NCBI GenBank assembly: GCA_034660455.1 | Contig: JAYEJF010000035.1 | Location: 16,436-80,435, forward strand | DNA: 64,000 nucleotides | Direction of reading: 5' to 3' | Source: Campylobacterota bacterium | GTDB taxonomy: Bacteria > Campylobacterota > Campylobacteria > Campylobacterales > Sulfurovaceae | In this document: one piece after another, positions 63,238-64,000 of the stretch | How positions within the stretch are numbered: the first letter of the stretch is position 1 | How the letters are laid out: every line of letters begins with the position of its first letter | Notes under the pieces: generated by a model | The model's input: the letters and a program-made list of their open reading frames with translations, nothing else | Databases searched by the model: none | What the model was told of the DNA's origin: nothing | Translations under genes and position numbers: made by a program

Positions 63238-63855
63238 ATCAAAGGATTCATACTCTCTGTTAAAAAAGCAAAGAATGAAGATTCTATTGCAAGGGTTTTG
63301 ACAGATATGGAAGTAAAAACCTATTACCGTTTTTTTGGGGCGCGTCACTCCATACTTCAACTGGGGAACCTTATAGATTTTGAAGTTGAAGGAGAAGATA
63401 GACCTTTTATGCCCAGACTCCGTTCTCTCTCACACCTGGGTTTTCCCTGGCTCTTTGATAAAAACAAACTTCTGATGTGGCATAATTTCATCAAAAAATT
63501 TGAACTACATCTTCGTGATGCCCAAGAGTTGGATGCTTTTTACTATCTGTTACTGTTAGAAGCAGCAAAAAAATGGGACAGGCAAAATCCAAAACGTATT
63601 GTCTGTGAAAGTTATATTACACTGCTTGAGTATGAGGGGAGGCTCTACCCCGATGAACATTGTTTTATCTGTGAACAGCGCATAGAAGAGGATATTGCAT
63701 TAATGCAAACCTTCAAACCGACACATCCAAACTGCATTTACGCCCCTTCCCTACCCACGAAAAAAGTATTGGATTTCTTTGAAACTAAAAAAACGGTATT
63801 TCTCGAAGATCATGAAGTGGATTATCTCTATGAAGTGGTGATGAAAGGATTTTAA
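63238..63855 (+). CDS. recO: DNA repair protein RecO, probably initiating at a non-AUG (ATC) codon
   Basis: The stretch YRFFGARHSILQLGNLIDFEVE and the Cys/His cluster CFICEQ..HPNC fit RecO. The frame stays open upstream of the track TTG (63298) and there encodes the conserved N-terminus KGFILSVKKAKNEDSIARVLT. AAGGAG at 63227-63232 lies 5 nt before ATC 63238. Confidence 0.55.
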   Translation: MKGFILSVKKAKNEDSIARVLTDMEVKTYYRFFGARHSILQLGNLIDFEVEGEDRPFMPRLRSLSHLGFPWLFDKNKLLMWHNFIKKFELHLRDAQELDAFYYLLLLEAAKKWDRQNPKRIVCESYITLLEYEGRLYPDEHCFICEQRIEEDIALMQTFKPTHPNCIYAPSLPTKKVLDFFETKKTVFLEDHEVDYLYEVVMKGF

Positions 63856-63871
63856 ACCCATCCATATAATT

Positions 63872-64000
63872 TTACAATTTCTTTAAAAAAGCAGAGAGGA
63901 TAAATATCATCGTTCCGTTCACACGTCCTTGAATATGGCTTGGATCACCGGGTACCATACGTATATTCTTCACCGTTGTCCCCTGCTTAGCTGTAAATCC
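63872..64000 (-). CDS. 3-prime end of an unidentified gene (N-terminus beyond the window)
   Basis: The hand translation is ..GFTAKQGTTVKNIRMVPGDPSHIQGRVNGTMIFILSAFLKKL, with the stop at 63872-63874. Confidence 0.35.
   Translation of the reverse strand, partial: GFTAKQGTTVKNIRMVPGDPSHIQGRVNGTMIFILSAFLKKL

Noticed and set aside
1-64000. CRISPR arrays, tRNA/rRNA genes, IS elements, integrases and prophage structural genes
   Set aside because: I saw no repeat-spacer periodicity, no cloverleaf-like or rRNA-like conserved segments, and no DDE, tyrosine-recombinase or serine-recombinase motifs in any ORF translation. This was visual inspection only.

Overview
This is 64 kb of a low-GC bacterial chromosome. 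Hand-sampled 60-nt lines give about 28-37 % GC in the left 20 kb and about 40-50 % in most housekeeping genes. It looks Campylobacterota-like: a NavAb-type sodium channel, TATAAT-only AT-rich promoters, AAGGA-type Shine-Dalgarno sites and many hybrid histidine kinases. I cannot name the taxon. I support about 58 protein-coding features and see no rRNA, tRNA, CRISPR array, transposase or integrase.

Layout:
- 1-1716: start of an MksF/MksE (Wadjet/condensin-like) module that runs off the window.
- 1829-19984 (minus strand): a tightly coupled six-gene, roughly 18 kb operon. It contains an unmistakable PgsB/CapB-type amide ligase embedded in a 1369-aa protein. It also has a 1065-aa protein with two tandem PgsC/CapC-like membrane modules fused to two degenerate copies of a hydrolase-like domain. 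A secreted stand-alone copy of that hydrolase-like domain keeps its His/Asp/His residues. The remaining genes are a 796-aa orphan envelope protein, a 1650-aa secreted protein with a beta-barrel-like C-terminus, and a CHASE2-topology divergent sensor kinase. A G9/C9 homopolymer sits in the operon's promoter.
- 20-29 kb: housekeeping and accessory genes (IMPase family, selO, cobB, thiE).
- 29.8-39.2 kb: a two-component / c-di-GMP signalling cluster.
- 39.3-42.7 kb: tenA-thiD, an ArsI/CadI-type gene with a perfect palindromic operator, and an MFS transporter.
- 42.8-46.6 kb: a small accessory islet (RelE/ParE-like toxin, RadC, ORF6N, Pif1-like helicase).
- 46.7-64 kb: envelope lipoproteins, the Nav channel, mltG, accD, gltB and recO.

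The candidate novel system is the giant poly-gamma-glutamate-synthase-like operon. It appears adapted to a diderm envelope and is possibly phase-variable.

All family assignments rest on motifs read by eye and on sequences recalled from memory. No searches were run.
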